Below are positions 18,424 to 28,327 of a stretch of 51,091 nt of DNA, one piece after another. The number at the start of each line of letters is the position of its first letter. Position 1 is the stretch's first letter. The position numbers were made by a program, and so were the translations under genes. This stretch comes from Elusimicrobiota bacterium. GTDB lineage: Bacteria > CG03 > SLGR01 > JBDRKX01. Under the pieces are notes generated by a model. That model had not been told where the DNA came from and searched no databases. It was given only the letters and a program-made list of their open reading frames with translations. The stretch lies in the NCBI GenBank assembly GCA_043813605.1, contig JBDRKX010000044.1, positions 1-51,091 on the forward strand, read 5' to 3'.

Positions 18424-18768
18424 TTATTTTGTTACTGTTGCTTCTTTTTGTTTTTTCTGTTCTATTTTCTGCTGTATCTTTTTTTTCCTCAGAACATGCT
18501 GTATCGTTTTTCCAGTATTTTTCATGCGCGTTATTTTAGAAGCAGTCTTTGATGTCACGGACCATTCCAGCTTGACAAAAATATACTTAGTAAGCCCGAC
18601 AAGAATGAGTACTATCGATAAAATGACCGCTATAGAATTCTTTTTCTTATCAGCAATCGATAAACTCATAATAAAACCTAAAACGCCTAGAGCAATTATT
18701 ATCCAGGACAGGATAATATTCGTATTAACCATAGCCCCTTGTGAAAACATAGAACCTCCTCCAGCCAT
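18424..18768 (-). CDS. Small membrane protein with a basic tail
   Basis: Two hydrophobic segments and a Lys/Gln-rich C-terminus. Confidence 0.55.
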   Translation of the reverse strand: MAGGGSMFSQGAMVNTNIILSWIIIALGVLGFIMSLSIADKKKNSIAVILSIVLILVGLTKYIFVKLEWSVTSKTASKITRMKNTGKTIQHVLRKKKIQQKIEQKKQKEATVTK

Positions 18769-18828
18769 ATATATTTATTTGGCTGATTCAATAAATATTA
18801 TACAAATACATTGAATTTTAGCAATTTA

Positions 18829-19911
18829 TTACCTTTTATTACACTGCTGTATCTCTGCAAGGAGTGCCTTTACTGTCTTCAATGGGAATCCTACTACATT
18901 CGTATAACTGCCTCTGATCCACTCGAAATATTCGTCCGCCATACCCTGTATTGCATAAGCGCCCGCTTTGTCAAGATTTAAATTTTTAAGCCCTCTTATT
19001 TCAACATCAGAAAGAGTTTTCATCTTCAGACTGGTCGTTTCTGTTTTTTGGAGCTGCCGCCCATTAATAAGATTAATCACTGCTACTGCTGTATGAACTT
19101 TCTGCACTTTTCCGCTCAGTAAACGAAGCATTTTCTCCGCATCATCCACATCCTCAGGCTTACCGAATATATGTCCCCCACTCTCAACAACTGTATCAGC
19201 TGATATCACACATCCCGGCGGCGAAAGGTGACAGGCTACAGCTTCCAGCTTTTTTTCTGCCTGTCTAAGTGCATATAAAGCGGGAATTTCTCCATCCTGA
19301 GGTTTATCCTCTTCAACATCCGGGACAATAATAATAACAGGCAATCCTGCTTTCATCATCATTTCACGTCTTCTTGGAGAACCGGATGCCAGATATATCT
19401 TATTATCTGCGAACTCTGCTAACTTCGGTACAATTTTTACTGCCAGATATCCATTAATCAGGCCGGCAGCAACAGATGAAACCATTATCAACGGTAAAAT
19501 AGCCGATATCCCTGGATGTCTTATGAAAAGCAGCATTACAACAGACAACTGCGTAACACTATGAATTACTGCACCGACCACACTAACTCCAACCGGGCTC
19601 AATTTTCCCAATGGACGGTAGATTAAAGCCATGAAAAGAGCGGACACTACGGCTCCGCTGATACTAAGATAAAACGCTGGAGAAAACAGCGTCCCCAGCA
19701 AAATAGAGCTGACAAATACTCTTCCGACTGCCAGGGAAACAGCAAAGCTTCTCCCCATTGTAATAAGAGCTATCAGTGTAATCATATTGGCAAGACCCAG
19801 TTTCATCCAGGGTAAAGGCATAGGGATAAAACTCTCCGCTATGTTCAATGCTGAAGCTGAAGCCGTAAAAACAGCCAGACAGGCTATCCCATTCATCCTA
19901 TTCTTCATCAT
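18829..19911 (-). CDS. Fusion of a Gx-transporter (heptaprenyl diphosphate synthase component I-like) domain and a Maf nucleotide pyrophosphatase
   Basis: N-half ESFIP.P.PW.KLGLAN...GVSVVGAV.H...QL; C-half from about aa 170 YLASGSPRR, SADTVV, GKP, DKAGAYAIQG, GSYTNVVGFP. Confidence 0.85.
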   Translation of the reverse strand: MMKNRMNGIACLAVFTASASALNIAESFIPMPLPWMKLGLANMITLIALITMGRSFAVSLAVGRVFVSSILLGTLFSPAFYLSISGAVVSALFMALIYRPLGKLSPVGVSVVGAVIHSVTQLSVVMLLFIRHPGISAILPLIMVSSVAAGLINGYLAVKIVPKLAEFADNKIYLASGSPRRREMMMKAGLPVIIIVPDVEEDKPQDGEIPALYALRQAEKKLEAVACHLSPPGCVISADTVVESGGHIFGKPEDVDDAEKMLRLLSGKVQKVHTAVAVINLINGRQLQKTETTSLKMKTLSDVEIRGLKNLNLDKAGAYAIQGMADEYFEWIRGSYTNVVGFPLKTVKALLAEIQQCNKR

Positions 19912-20504
19912 GAATCATGTCCCGAAAGTAAAGAGGTATCCGTTCTTATGGCTCCAGTAGGACATTTTCTCATACACACGAGACAACTGTTACATTTATC
20001 CTTGTCAATAACAGGTAACCCTCTGTCATCAATTGCAATTGCTCTCAGCAGACAGGCATCCATACAGACATAACATTTGACACATCCCTCTCTGCAGATC
20101 TTTTTTACCACGGAAGACTCCATTGAAGTACTGCATGCTACAAAAATTTTGTCGGGCTTTTCCACCATTATTATCAGATCTAGAGGGCATACTTCGACGC
20201 AGATACCACATCCAATGCATTTCTCAGCGTTAATACTTAAGTCTTTTTCGATCGCGCCATGGGTACATGATTTCAGACAGCTATACAGTCCCAGACAACT
20301 TTGCGGACAGACCTGACTTCTGCCGAAAAAATTAAACGCGATATTACAATCCCGGAGATTAAGGTACCTGAGACTGTTCATATCGTTCCTCCCGCACAGA
20401 ACTCTTGCTTTTTTTCTACTTTTAGCCGGTCCTGCGCAGATGTCAGGCGATAACGGTATATAGAAAAAAGCAGCCAGCAGAGCTAATACTATTATATATA
20501 CCAT
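19908..20504 (-). CDS. RnfB-like polyferredoxin (shortened)
   Basis: TM anchor; C...CLGL.SC...C..GAI, CIGCGICVEVCP, CVKCYVCMDAC, CNSCLVCMRKCP; last gene of a CDGEAB-ordered cluster. Confidence 0.75.
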   Translation of the reverse strand: MVYIIVLALLAAFFYIPLSPDICAGPAKSRKKARVLCGRNDMNSLRYLNLRDCNIAFNFFGRSQVCPQSCLGLYSCLKSCTHGAIEKDLSINAEKCIGCGICVEVCPLDLIIMVEKPDKIFVACSTSMESSVVKKICREGCVKCYVCMDACLLRAIAIDDRGLPVIDKDKCNSCLVCMRKCPTGAIRTDTSLLSGHDS

Positions 20505-20505
20505 C

Positions 20506-21021
20506 CTAACGCATCCCTGATATCAATAGCGACAGTAATCCCAAAATCAGAAGAACCATGGGTTCGGCCCGAAAAAACACAGCAGTTCTTCTTGTTTCTG
20601 TTCTGCGTACTACTGCATGTACTGCCAGAAGAAGCAGAATAAAGCCTGTCCCGCAAGCCGCATGCATCAAAAGATACCCGAAAAAATCTGACAGACCGGT
20701 TCTGTTTGCTATAACCATTATACCGCAAACGGCCGTATTATAATAAAGAATCGAATGCCGGTTTTTTATCAACCCGAATATTCTTCCGGCTATCGTACCC
20801 GAAAAAAAAGTTATCACGGGAAGTGCAAGAAACCTGATGGAATATGAATAATACGGTACAAGTAAATAATTCATTATCCCTGCTATAATAATAGTCACAA
20901 ACACACCTATACCGGCCAGCAAAACCATGCCTGTGTTTTTTTCGCCTTTAATAGTATTCATTACCGCCCCTACTCCAAGAAAATTAATTATTACCAGATC
21001 GAATACTATGTTCAAATTCAT
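20506..21021 (-). CDS. RnfA-like membrane subunit (divergent)
   Basis: NFLGV and YNTAVCG match positionally the FLGLCP and TNCAVLG motifs; GTGF.L.LL; operon position. Confidence 0.65.
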   Translation of the reverse strand: MNLNIVFDLVIINFLGVGAVMNTIKGEKNTGMVLLAGIGVFVTIIIAGIMNYLLVPYYSYSIRFLALPVITFFSGTIAGRIFGLIKNRHSILYYNTAVCGIMVIANRTGLSDFFGYLLMHAACGTGFILLLLAVHAVVRRTETRRTAVFFRAEPMVLLILGLLSLLISGMR

Positions 21022-21518
21022 TTTTCAGTCCTAAAATAGATCTTTGCTGCAGCAATGATCATAGCGGCAGCAATAAATGCATATCCCGGATCAGGCGGCA
21101 GAAAGAACCTGATAATACCCATTATCATTGCAACAATCCCAAATCCGGCTGCTGCTCCGATACCCCATTCGAGAGAAAGTATTTTTGTGTAATTAGCTGT
21201 TCCGCGGCTTACAGTATAACCAAAAGAAAGAACCATCAAGATAAGTGCCGTGTCTGCCTGAGGATGACACGTTAATTTCGAAGCCAGCTTGGCAGCGGCA
21301 CCGGCTGCAGTAAGCGTTAGCAACGCAGTTTCACCTGCGTAAAAAAACCTTCCGGCAAATGACGCAATAACGGTAACAACAAGGAATGAACAGAGCGCTG
21401 CCAGCGCGATAAACAGTGTATCCTCAAGACTACCGGTCATTATGAGTATAGCAGAGCATATCCCCGCCCCCGATGCTGTTACTGTCTCAATTCCCGCTAT
21501 AAGCTTTTTTTCTCGCAT
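21018..21518 (-). CDS. RnfE-like membrane subunit (divergent; start probably MREKK at 21518)
   Basis: GICSAILIMTGSL resembles GLCP.LAVT..; MGIIR and LPPDPGYAF resemble G.IRE and LPPGAF; operon position. Confidence 0.6.
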   Translation of the reverse strand: MREKKLIAGIETVTASGAGICSAILIMTGSLEDTLFIALAALCSFLVVTVIASFAGRFFYAGETALLTLTAAGAAAKLASKLTCHPQADTALILMVLSFGYTVSRGTANYTKILSLEWGIGAAAGFGIVAMIMGIIRFFLPPDPGYAFIAAAMIIAAAKIYFRTEK

Positions 21519-21951
21519 TTTCAATAGCCTCCAGTAATCCATGACTTGATTCAGTAGCTCCTGATACAGCATCCACCGACGTATCCTGTCTCCTGAGGAC
21601 TTCCCGGATTACCGTATCTCGGGCAATAATCCAGTAGTTCCTTATCTCGGAACTGTCCAAAATGTTTATTTCAGTCATAATGATCTCACCTTGGGAATTC
21701 TTTTCATATACAATTTCCACACTGATCTTATCAACAAAACCTTTTCCTGTACCGGTATATCTGCCGGTGTTTATAATATACTCTTCCGATTGGAGTATCT
21801 CCTTTACATTTTCTTCATCTTTAATGTGCCTGTCTGCCAGCATCATCATTTTTCCCGCCAGTATGATCAGCAGGATAACCATTATCTCTCTTAACCATAA
21901 CTGTCCAGGTGTCTTTACAGGATATTGTTTTTTTAACCGATCAGACATCAC
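21487..21951 (-). CDS. RnfG-like FMN-binding protein
   Basis: TM anchor, G.GKGF...I.V, intact flavinylation motif VDAVSGATESS. Confidence 0.8.
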   Translation of the reverse strand: MMSDRLKKQYPVKTPGQLWLREIMVILLIILAGKMMMLADRHIKDEENVKEILQSEEYIINTGRYTGTGKGFVDKISVEIVYEKNSQGEIIMTEINILDSSEIRNYWIIARDTVIREVLRRQDTSVDAVSGATESSHGLLEAIENARKKAYSGN

Positions 21952-22718
21952 AAAAGATCCATCAGAGGACTAAGTGCACAAGTAAGTATGTATCCCCATA
22001 TTCCAAAAATCCAGATCATAGTACCAGCCAGCATGCCGAACAAGATCCGCGCCCTGTTTCCACCGGGAATTATTCCGGGATAACAGGAAAAAACAAGTCC
22101 GGTAAGCGCCATTAAAACGGTCTTCGTACTTGTTAATTCTCCTCCTAAAAATATACCTGCGGCAAAAATACATACATATCCTGCAAGGATATACACAGAT
22201 ATTCTTCTTCTGAAAAGCATAAACAATCCACCGAAAAGCACAGGGAAAATATTAGCAATGTTATAGCTGATAGTCCCGCTGTTACCGATCGTTGCAATTA
22301 TAAGCCATGCGATCGCAAAAGCCGGAAAAACAGTCGCACCGGACGCTCCCACCATAAAATACTCTGCGATCTGCGCGCCGGATGCCGCAATTATTACTGT
22401 TATTAATGAACATCCGGACGGCAGTATTACTGTTAACATCATGCTCCACAGGACATACTTGGGGAACATATACATTAAGCGTATACTTCCTTTTTGCAGC
22501 CTGATAATGATTGTTCCTATAAGCGCAAAAGACGATATAAGGACAACAGCATATAAACCTTTTTCTATATCCACCAGTATAGATGCAATAAACACAGGCA
22601 GCATTCCGGCTATCATATCATACCATAGTCCCGAAATACCGTGCCTTGAATGCACAAAAGGAGCCATCGACAGTAATGTTGGCTTTATTTTTTCCATCCG
22701 GGGCAGAAAAAGCCGCAT
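21948..22718 (-). CDS. RnfD-like membrane subunit (shortened)
   Basis: APFVHS, MLTVILPS, LFGGLFMLFRRRI, P....RILFGMLAG, PLMD all align by eye to the RnfD scaffold. Confidence 0.7.
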   Translation of the reverse strand: MRLFLPRMEKIKPTLLSMAPFVHSRHGISGLWYDMIAGMLPVFIASILVDIEKGLYAVVLISSFALIGTIIIRLQKGSIRLMYMFPKYVLWSMMLTVILPSGCSLITVIIAASGAQIAEYFMVGASGATVFPAFAIAWLIIATIGNSGTISYNIANIFPVLFGGLFMLFRRRISVYILAGYVCIFAAGIFLGGELTSTKTVLMALTGLVFSCYPGIIPGGNRARILFGMLAGTMIWIFGIWGYILTCALSPLMDLL

Positions 22719-23656
22719 AATCCGCAGCCGATACAGCCATCTACTTCATAAAACGGGATTATTCCCCTGTCACTGTCAAGTACAATCTTTGAATGACATG
22801 TTCTCAAATGCACCGGGCATACTTCCCTGCATCTTGAACAACCTGAACAATCCGTTATTTCCATATCGGTGTTTTTCATTACAAAAATCTGCAAACATCC
22901 TTCCAGTTTTTGAACAGCCGGATCTGCGACAGCGCGGCCCCTGAGCGGATCTCCCATAATTATGATCCCGCCAGAATCTATACCGGCCTGATCAAGCACC
23001 GTATCTATAGTGGCTTCTCCTGAAATACTTATCACGACTCTCTCCCCTTCTGAAGAAACAACCATAACAGGCATCCCCTCATTTTTCTCATGACCCTCAA
23101 CTGCAAGATATACCTTCAACAGATCTTCAACCGGTGTTATCACTATACCGTCTTTGCCCGGATAATAATCATCAGGATTCTCAAAATAACCTGTTTTAGA
23201 GCAGAATGTTTCAAGCAATCCCAAAGGATAATTATCATTTAGTATCCGCATGTCTATATTGGGTGCTTTTCTTACGTATTTTCCAGCTGCTTCTACTATA
23301 CTAATATCATTTTTCGGCACAACAAGTTCTGCCCCATCAGATGCAACTGCTTTGCTCATGATCTTGATCCCCTTTATTATCTCTTCCGTATACGTTTTTA
23401 TCAGGTAGTATCTATATTTTGTGAATGGGGATACACACAGTCCGTTTGCAACAAGTCTTTTACAGCCTTCTTTTTCTATCGTCTCCAGCTGCTCTGCACT
23501 GTAAATGCCTGATCCGATGATCTTTTCCCGCAATCCCCCCCTGTCCATAGTGTAGTATGCTTTATCAAAGTTCTTAGTCAGACTTTGAGGTGTGTCGATT
23601 TCTCTGACATCCTGCAGACTACCCGTGATCCTGTATCTGCCTCTTAGAGTCATCAT
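22685..23656 (-). CDS. RnfC-like protein (shortened, divergent)
   Basis: LVANG...PF...Y.LI.....EII.GI, NYPLG, IIMGDPLRG, and two 4Fe-4S motifs CSGCSRCREVCP and CIGCGLCGFFCP. Confidence 0.7.
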   Translation of the reverse strand: MMTLRGRYRITGSLQDVREIDTPQSLTKNFDKAYYTMDRGGLREKIIGSGIYSAEQLETIEKEGCKRLVANGLCVSPFTKYRYYLIKTYTEEIIKGIKIMSKAVASDGAELVVPKNDISIVEAAGKYVRKAPNIDMRILNDNYPLGLLETFCSKTGYFENPDDYYPGKDGIVITPVEDLLKVYLAVEGHEKNEGMPVMVVSSEGERVVISISGEATIDTVLDQAGIDSGGIIIMGDPLRGRAVADPAVQKLEGCLQIFVMKNTDMEITDCSGCSRCREVCPVHLRTCHSKIVLDSDRGIIPFYEVDGCIGCGLCGFFCPGWKK

Positions 23657-23659
23657 TGT

Positions 23660-24550
23660 TCAGAGTCCCGCAATAACTTCAGCAGTATTCGAATGGATCA
23701 ACACCGTATCTTCTATGTTTTTTGCATAACCTCCAGCGAGAACAACCGCTACAGGAATATCTCCGGCTTCAGTTTTTATTATAACATCCCTTTTTTTAAG
23801 ATCGTCCATAGAAAGAGAAATTCCGCCTAACTGATCATCAGTATAAGTATCACTTCCTGCAACATAAATAATGATCTCAGGATCAAATATCTTTTTTATC
23901 CTTCTTATGCCTTCTGTAAGCAACCTGTTATATTCTTCTCCGGTAGTAAGATCTTCCAATCCTATATCCAGATCCGATTTCTCTTTGTAAAAAGGGTAAT
24001 TATTCTGCTGGTGTATTGAAAACGTGAATACTTTTTCTTCTTTTTCAAAAATCTTTGCCGTTCCGTTACCCTGATGAAGATCACAATCGATGATAAGCAC
24101 TTTCTTCCCGGAATCCGCCATTACTGCTGCCGCTACTGCTATATCATTAAAAATACAAAAGCCTTCCCCGTGATCCGGATACGCATGATGGAAACCGCCT
24201 CCCAGATGTATGCAATTTCCTGATCTTATTGCTTCCTGGCAGGCTAATATGGTCCCTCCGCAGCAGAGTAATGCCGCTTTAGCCAGTTCCCTGGAGTATG
24301 GCAGTTCAAGTCTTATCTCATCGGCGTACGAGAGCGTCCCATTTTCGATATCTCCTACATAATCTTCGGTATGGATTCTGAGTATCTCTTTTTTTTCTAC
24401 CAAACGAGGCTCGATAAAGGTCTCTCCAGGCAGGTTATATTTATTCATAAGGTGATCTTTGATCAGGCGATACTTGGCTGTAGGAAATACATGTGTACCT
24501 ATATCAACTTCGTACAATGGTGAATATATTATTTTAACAGGATGTATCAA
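23660..24550 (-). CDS. Histone deacetylase family protein
   Basis: HVFPTAKY, GGGFHHA..DHGEGFC.FND, IDCDLHQGNGT, AGGY. Confidence 0.92.
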   Translation of the reverse strand: MIHPVKIIYSPLYEVDIGTHVFPTAKYRLIKDHLMNKYNLPGETFIEPRLVEKKEILRIHTEDYVGDIENGTLSYADEIRLELPYSRELAKAALLCCGGTILACQEAIRSGNCIHLGGGFHHAYPDHGEGFCIFNDIAVAAAVMADSGKKVLIIDCDLHQGNGTAKIFEKEEKVFTFSIHQQNNYPFYKEKSDLDIGLEDLTTGEEYNRLLTEGIRRIKKIFDPEIIIYVAGSDTYTDDQLGGISLSMDDLKKRDVIIKTEAGDIPVAVVLAGGYAKNIEDTVLIHSNTAEVIAGL

Positions 24551-25252
24551 CTACCAGTTGTATCTGACTTTTCCGCCAAATGTAATACCCATGAGGCTTC
24601 CGCTTGTTCCGCCCGCAGTTGTTACAAAAGGTTTCAGACCAATGAACCAGTTCCATTTTTCACTCATTGGGAAGACCTGAACCCCCACAAGTCCCTGGAA
24701 TCCTATTGCAGTAGTTGAAGGAGATTTTACTATTTCTCCTTTTGCTGAATCTACATTTGCCCTGTAATCGCCCAGCGGTTCTTCCTTATAGAACACATGA
24801 TACAGACCGAGTCCTCCACCCACATAGAAACTGCTGTATACTTTGTAAAGGAAATTAACAGTCATGGGAATAACACTTATTCTTATCTTAACATCCTGTT
24901 CCGCACCTGCAAGCAGATCGTCATAAAGATCCATCTCTTCATCATCAAAAAAATCAGGATCTATATCCGATTTGGGATAGTTGATCGTTATCTCTGATCC
25001 ATAAAAATAACCCATGCCGATTTCCATGGTTTTCTGGCCTATCGTTTTTACACCGGTCACCATCAATCCGGGGCCCATTATCTTACCGCTCTTGCCGCCT
25101 TTACCGTATGCCAATCCCAGTTCTCCTCCAAGTTCCCAGTCTTTCCATTCAGCTGACTGACAGTTCCCGATAAGAAAGGCTGCCGCAATAAACGATAAAA
25201 TAATTATTTTTCTTCCCTTCGCCGATCTAAATGTTTTTTCTATTATATTCAT
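24551..25252 (-). CDS. Outer-membrane beta-barrel protein (OmpW/OmpA-like)
   Basis: Signal peptide, alternating beta pattern (IPMTVNFLY, FYVGGGLGLY), terminal aromatic VRYNW. Confidence 0.7.
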   Translation of the reverse strand: MNIIEKTFRSAKGRKIIILSFIAAAFLIGNCQSAEWKDWELGGELGLAYGKGGKSGKIMGPGLMVTGVKTIGQKTMEIGMGYFYGSEITINYPKSDIDPDFFDDEEMDLYDDLLAGAEQDVKIRISVIPMTVNFLYKVYSSFYVGGGLGLYHVFYKEEPLGDYRANVDSAKGEIVKSPSTTAIGFQGLVGVQVFPMSEKWNWFIGLKPFVTTAGGTSGSLMGITFGGKVRYNW

Positions 25253-25254
25253 GG

Positions 25255-26172
25255 TTATTCTACACAGAGCAGATACTCGAGTATCGCCTCCTGAATATGC
25301 ATCCGGTTTTCAGCCTGGTCAAAAACATATGAATTCATACCATCAATAACATCATCGGTAATTTCTTCACCTCGGTGCGCAGGCAGGCAATGCAATACCA
25401 TTACATCCGGTTTGGCATTTCCCAACAATTTATTATTGACCTGATATTGTGCAAAACTATGCTTCTCGGATGACTTTGCGTCATCATCGCCCATACTTAC
25501 CCACACATCCGTATATACCACATCCGCCGATTTTACGGCATCAACAGGATCTTCTGTTATCCTGATTGCACTGTTTTTTTCGCGCATCAATTCGACTATG
25601 GAACTATCCGGCCGGTATGCATCGGGGCAGGCTACAACAAGCTCAAAACCGAATATGCCGGCAGCATTTATAAGCGAATGGCACACATTGTTGCCATCAC
25701 CGATATAAGCCACTTTGATATTTTCATATTCCATGCCTTTCACTTCTGTTATGGACATCATGTCTCCAAGAGCCTGACAAGGATGCAGAAGATCTGTTAA
25801 TCCGTTGATCACAGGCACCGTTGCCGCTTCGGCAAGGTCAAGCACATCCCGATGAGAATATGTCCTTATCATTATACAGTCGACATACCTTGAAAGCGTT
25901 TTTGCCGTATCACCTATCGTTTCTCCTCTTGATAACTGCAGGCTTTCTGCTCCCAGGTATATTGCTTCCCCTCCCAGTTTTTGTATCGCTCTTTGAAAGG
26001 AGACATTAGTCCTTGTAGATGCTTTGGTAAATATCATTGCAAGTGCCTTACCGCTGCAGTCCTTCGGCGAAACTCCGCCTTTAAATTCTACTCCCCTTTT
26101 AATAATTTTCAGAAGAGTATCTTTATCATAATCCCTGAGATCTATAAAATTGTGTTTATTCATTATCACCAC
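25255..26172 (-). CDS. argF: Ornithine carbamoyltransferase
   Basis: FTKASTRT, HPCQALGD, GDGNNV, YTDVWVSMG, HCLPAHRGEE. Confidence 0.95.
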   Translation of the reverse strand: MVIMNKHNFIDLRDYDKDTLLKIIKRGVEFKGGVSPKDCSGKALAMIFTKASTRTNVSFQRAIQKLGGEAIYLGAESLQLSRGETIGDTAKTLSRYVDCIMIRTYSHRDVLDLAEAATVPVINGLTDLLHPCQALGDMMSITEVKGMEYENIKVAYIGDGNNVCHSLINAAGIFGFELVVACPDAYRPDSSIVELMREKNSAIRITEDPVDAVKSADVVYTDVWVSMGDDDAKSSEKHSFAQYQVNNKLLGNAKPDVMVLHCLPAHRGEEITDDVIDGMNSYVFDQAENRMHIQEAILEYLLCVE

Positions 26173-27367
26173 CCTTTAATACAGCATCTACATCTTTTAA
26201 TCCATTACCCGTGATAAGACATACTACAGGCTCGCCGTTATCTTCCACAAGTCCGGCAGATGAAGCTTTTATCAAACCTGCCACACTGGCAGCACCGGCA
26301 GGTTCAGCAAAGATTCCGCTCACTGCCGCAATACGGTAAATGGCATTAATTATCTCGCTATCGGATACACGCACGCATTCTCCTTTTGTTTCGATAACCG
26401 CCCTTACTGCAGCGAGTCCGTCTCTGGGCCTGTCTACAGAAATAGAATCCGCTCTTGTCATTGATTTGACTGTTTCTACTTGTATAGAGGTTTTATCATA
26501 TCCGGCATCTCTGACCTTTTCCACGGTCTTTGTTACGGCATCGGAATTAGAGCTCTGCACTGCAATCAGTCTGGGGAACTGTTCAATCATGCCAAGCGCT
26601 TCCAAGTCTCTAAAACCTTTCCATACGCCGCTTATTATATTACCGTCACCTACAGGGACAAATACAGTTCCGGGAGCTTTATATCCAAGCTGCTCCCATA
26701 TTTCAAAAGCAACCGACTTCTTTCCTTCTCTTGTGAACGGATTATATCCTGTACATCTGTTAAAATAATCATTATCATTAGAATCCCTCACGCACATGTC
26801 GTAGGCACCGTCATAATTGGAATCTACTATGCGCACATCGGCTCCGTACACTTTCAGCTGTGCTATCTTGGCCTTTGGAGCGGTACTCGGCACATATATG
26901 ATAACTTTAACTCCGCAGGCTGCTCCCATACACGCCCAGGAACACCCTGCATTACCTGTAGAAGCACAGGTTGTCATATCCAGCCCCTTCTCACGGGCAA
27001 CTGCCATCACGACGGCACCGGCCCTGTCTTTAAACGAGCCTGAAGGCTGTCTCGTATCATCCTTGAGAAAAACAGTACCGAAACCCGTTTCTTTTTCCAA
27101 CTCGGGTATCTCGTAGAGCGGAGTAACCGCCATATCCAGATTAGGTATATATTTTCTATCGGAAAACGGATACAGTGCATCATATCTCCAGATCGTTTTT
27201 TCCTTGTCTTTTTCCAGATTTGCGACAGAAAAAACACCGGAAATACTGCTGTAATCGTACAGGGCATCTATATTCTCAGAGCAAGCGCTGCACACATACC
27301 CACCGTAATCAGGTGCGAACTGCTTACCACATTTCAGACATTCAAAACCCGTAAGATAATTCACCAT
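26156..27367 (-). CDS. Threonine synthase-like fold-type II PLP enzyme
   Basis: CxxC...CxxC N-terminus, PSGSFKDR, ASTGNAG, VPVGDGN, FAEPAGA, ITGNGLKD. Confidence 0.85.
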   Translation of the reverse strand: MVNYLTGFECLKCGKQFAPDYGGYVCSACSENIDALYDYSSISGVFSVANLEKDKEKTIWRYDALYPFSDRKYIPNLDMAVTPLYEIPELEKETGFGTVFLKDDTRQPSGSFKDRAGAVVMAVAREKGLDMTTCASTGNAGCSWACMGAACGVKVIIYVPSTAPKAKIAQLKVYGADVRIVDSNYDGAYDMCVRDSNDNDYFNRCTGYNPFTREGKKSVAFEIWEQLGYKAPGTVFVPVGDGNIISGVWKGFRDLEALGMIEQFPRLIAVQSSNSDAVTKTVEKVRDAGYDKTSIQVETVKSMTRADSISVDRPRDGLAAVRAVIETKGECVRVSDSEIINAIYRIAAVSGIFAEPAGAASVAGLIKASSAGLVEDNGEPVVCLITGNGLKDVDAVLKGGDNE

Positions 27368-27371
27368 ATTC

Positions 27372-28313
27372 TCATTTAACTATAGACGTACCGCTCTTTC
27401 CTTCTAACGCTTCCTCCAGCCTGGAAGGTGCGGTTATTATAGCCCTTTTCCCTCCGTTCTCCAGGAACTTTATTACTGCTTCGATTTTAGGAAGCATACT
27501 GCCGGGTGCAAAATGCCCCGCTTCCTTGTACCTGATAGCTTCTTCAAGAGTCATAGAATCAAGTTCTTTCTGATCCTTTTTGCCGAAATTGAGACATACT
27601 TTTTCTACGGCTGTGGTTATTATAAACAGATCTGCCGCTATATCATTAGCGAGAAGAGCAGAAGCATTATCTTTGTCTATAACAGCTTCTATTCCTGCAT
27701 ATCTCCCGTCTTCCCGCATATATACGGGAATTCCGCCACCGCCAACCGCTATGACGACAAAACCACTTTTGAGCAACGCTTTTATCGCATTCTCTTCTAT
27801 GATCTCGATGGGTGCAGGAGAAGCAACTACCCTCCGGTAGCCCCTGCCGGCATCTTCAACTATATCCCAGCCCTGTTCTTCTTTCTTCTCTTCTGCTTCA
27901 TCTTGAGTCATAAAAGGCCCTATCGGTTTTGTAGGTTTTTTAAATGCAGGGTCATCCTTATCTACTCTTACCCTTGTTACAACTGTAACCGCTTCTTTGT
28001 CGATGTTCCTTTTAAGGAACTCGTTCTCCAGTACCTGCTGGAAAATATAGCCTATCGCACCCTGTGTATCAGCACCGCATGAATCGAGCGGAACAGTATG
28101 AAGGCCGGCCTTTTTAGCTATTTCAGCCCGCAAAAGTATAAATCCCACCTGCGGCCCATTACCGTGAGTTATAACTACATCCCAGCCTTTACTGATTATA
28201 CTAGTTATATGTCTCATTGTTTCCACCGCAGCCGAATACTGGTCAGGCACACTGCGGTGATCCTTATCTTTTATGAGGGAATTTCCCCCTACCGCTATTA
28301 CTGCTAAAGGCAT
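27372..28313 (-). CDS. arcC: Carbamate kinase
   Basis: AVGGNSL, THGNGPQVG, PTKPIGPF, GRGYRRVV.SP.P, GGGGIPV, AVIDKD, GSMLPK. Confidence 0.96.
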   Translation of the reverse strand: MPLAVIAVGGNSLIKDKDHRSVPDQYSAAVETMRHITSIISKGWDVVITHGNGPQVGFILLRAEIAKKAGLHTVPLDSCGADTQGAIGYIFQQVLENEFLKRNIDKEAVTVVTRVRVDKDDPAFKKPTKPIGPFMTQDEAEEKKEEQGWDIVEDAGRGYRRVVASPAPIEIIEENAIKALLKSGFVVIAVGGGGIPVYMREDGRYAGIEAVIDKDNASALLANDIAADLFIITTAVEKVCLNFGKKDQKELDSMTLEEAIRYKEAGHFAPGSMLPKIEAVIKFLENGGKRAIITAPSRLEEALEGKSGTSIVK

Positions 28314-28327
28314 CTTACACCTCTCTT

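Noticed and set aside
21519..21572. Longer N-terminus of the RnfE-like ORF
   Set aside because: Would overlap the RnfG-like gene by 86 bp; the internal ATG at 21518 is more plausible.
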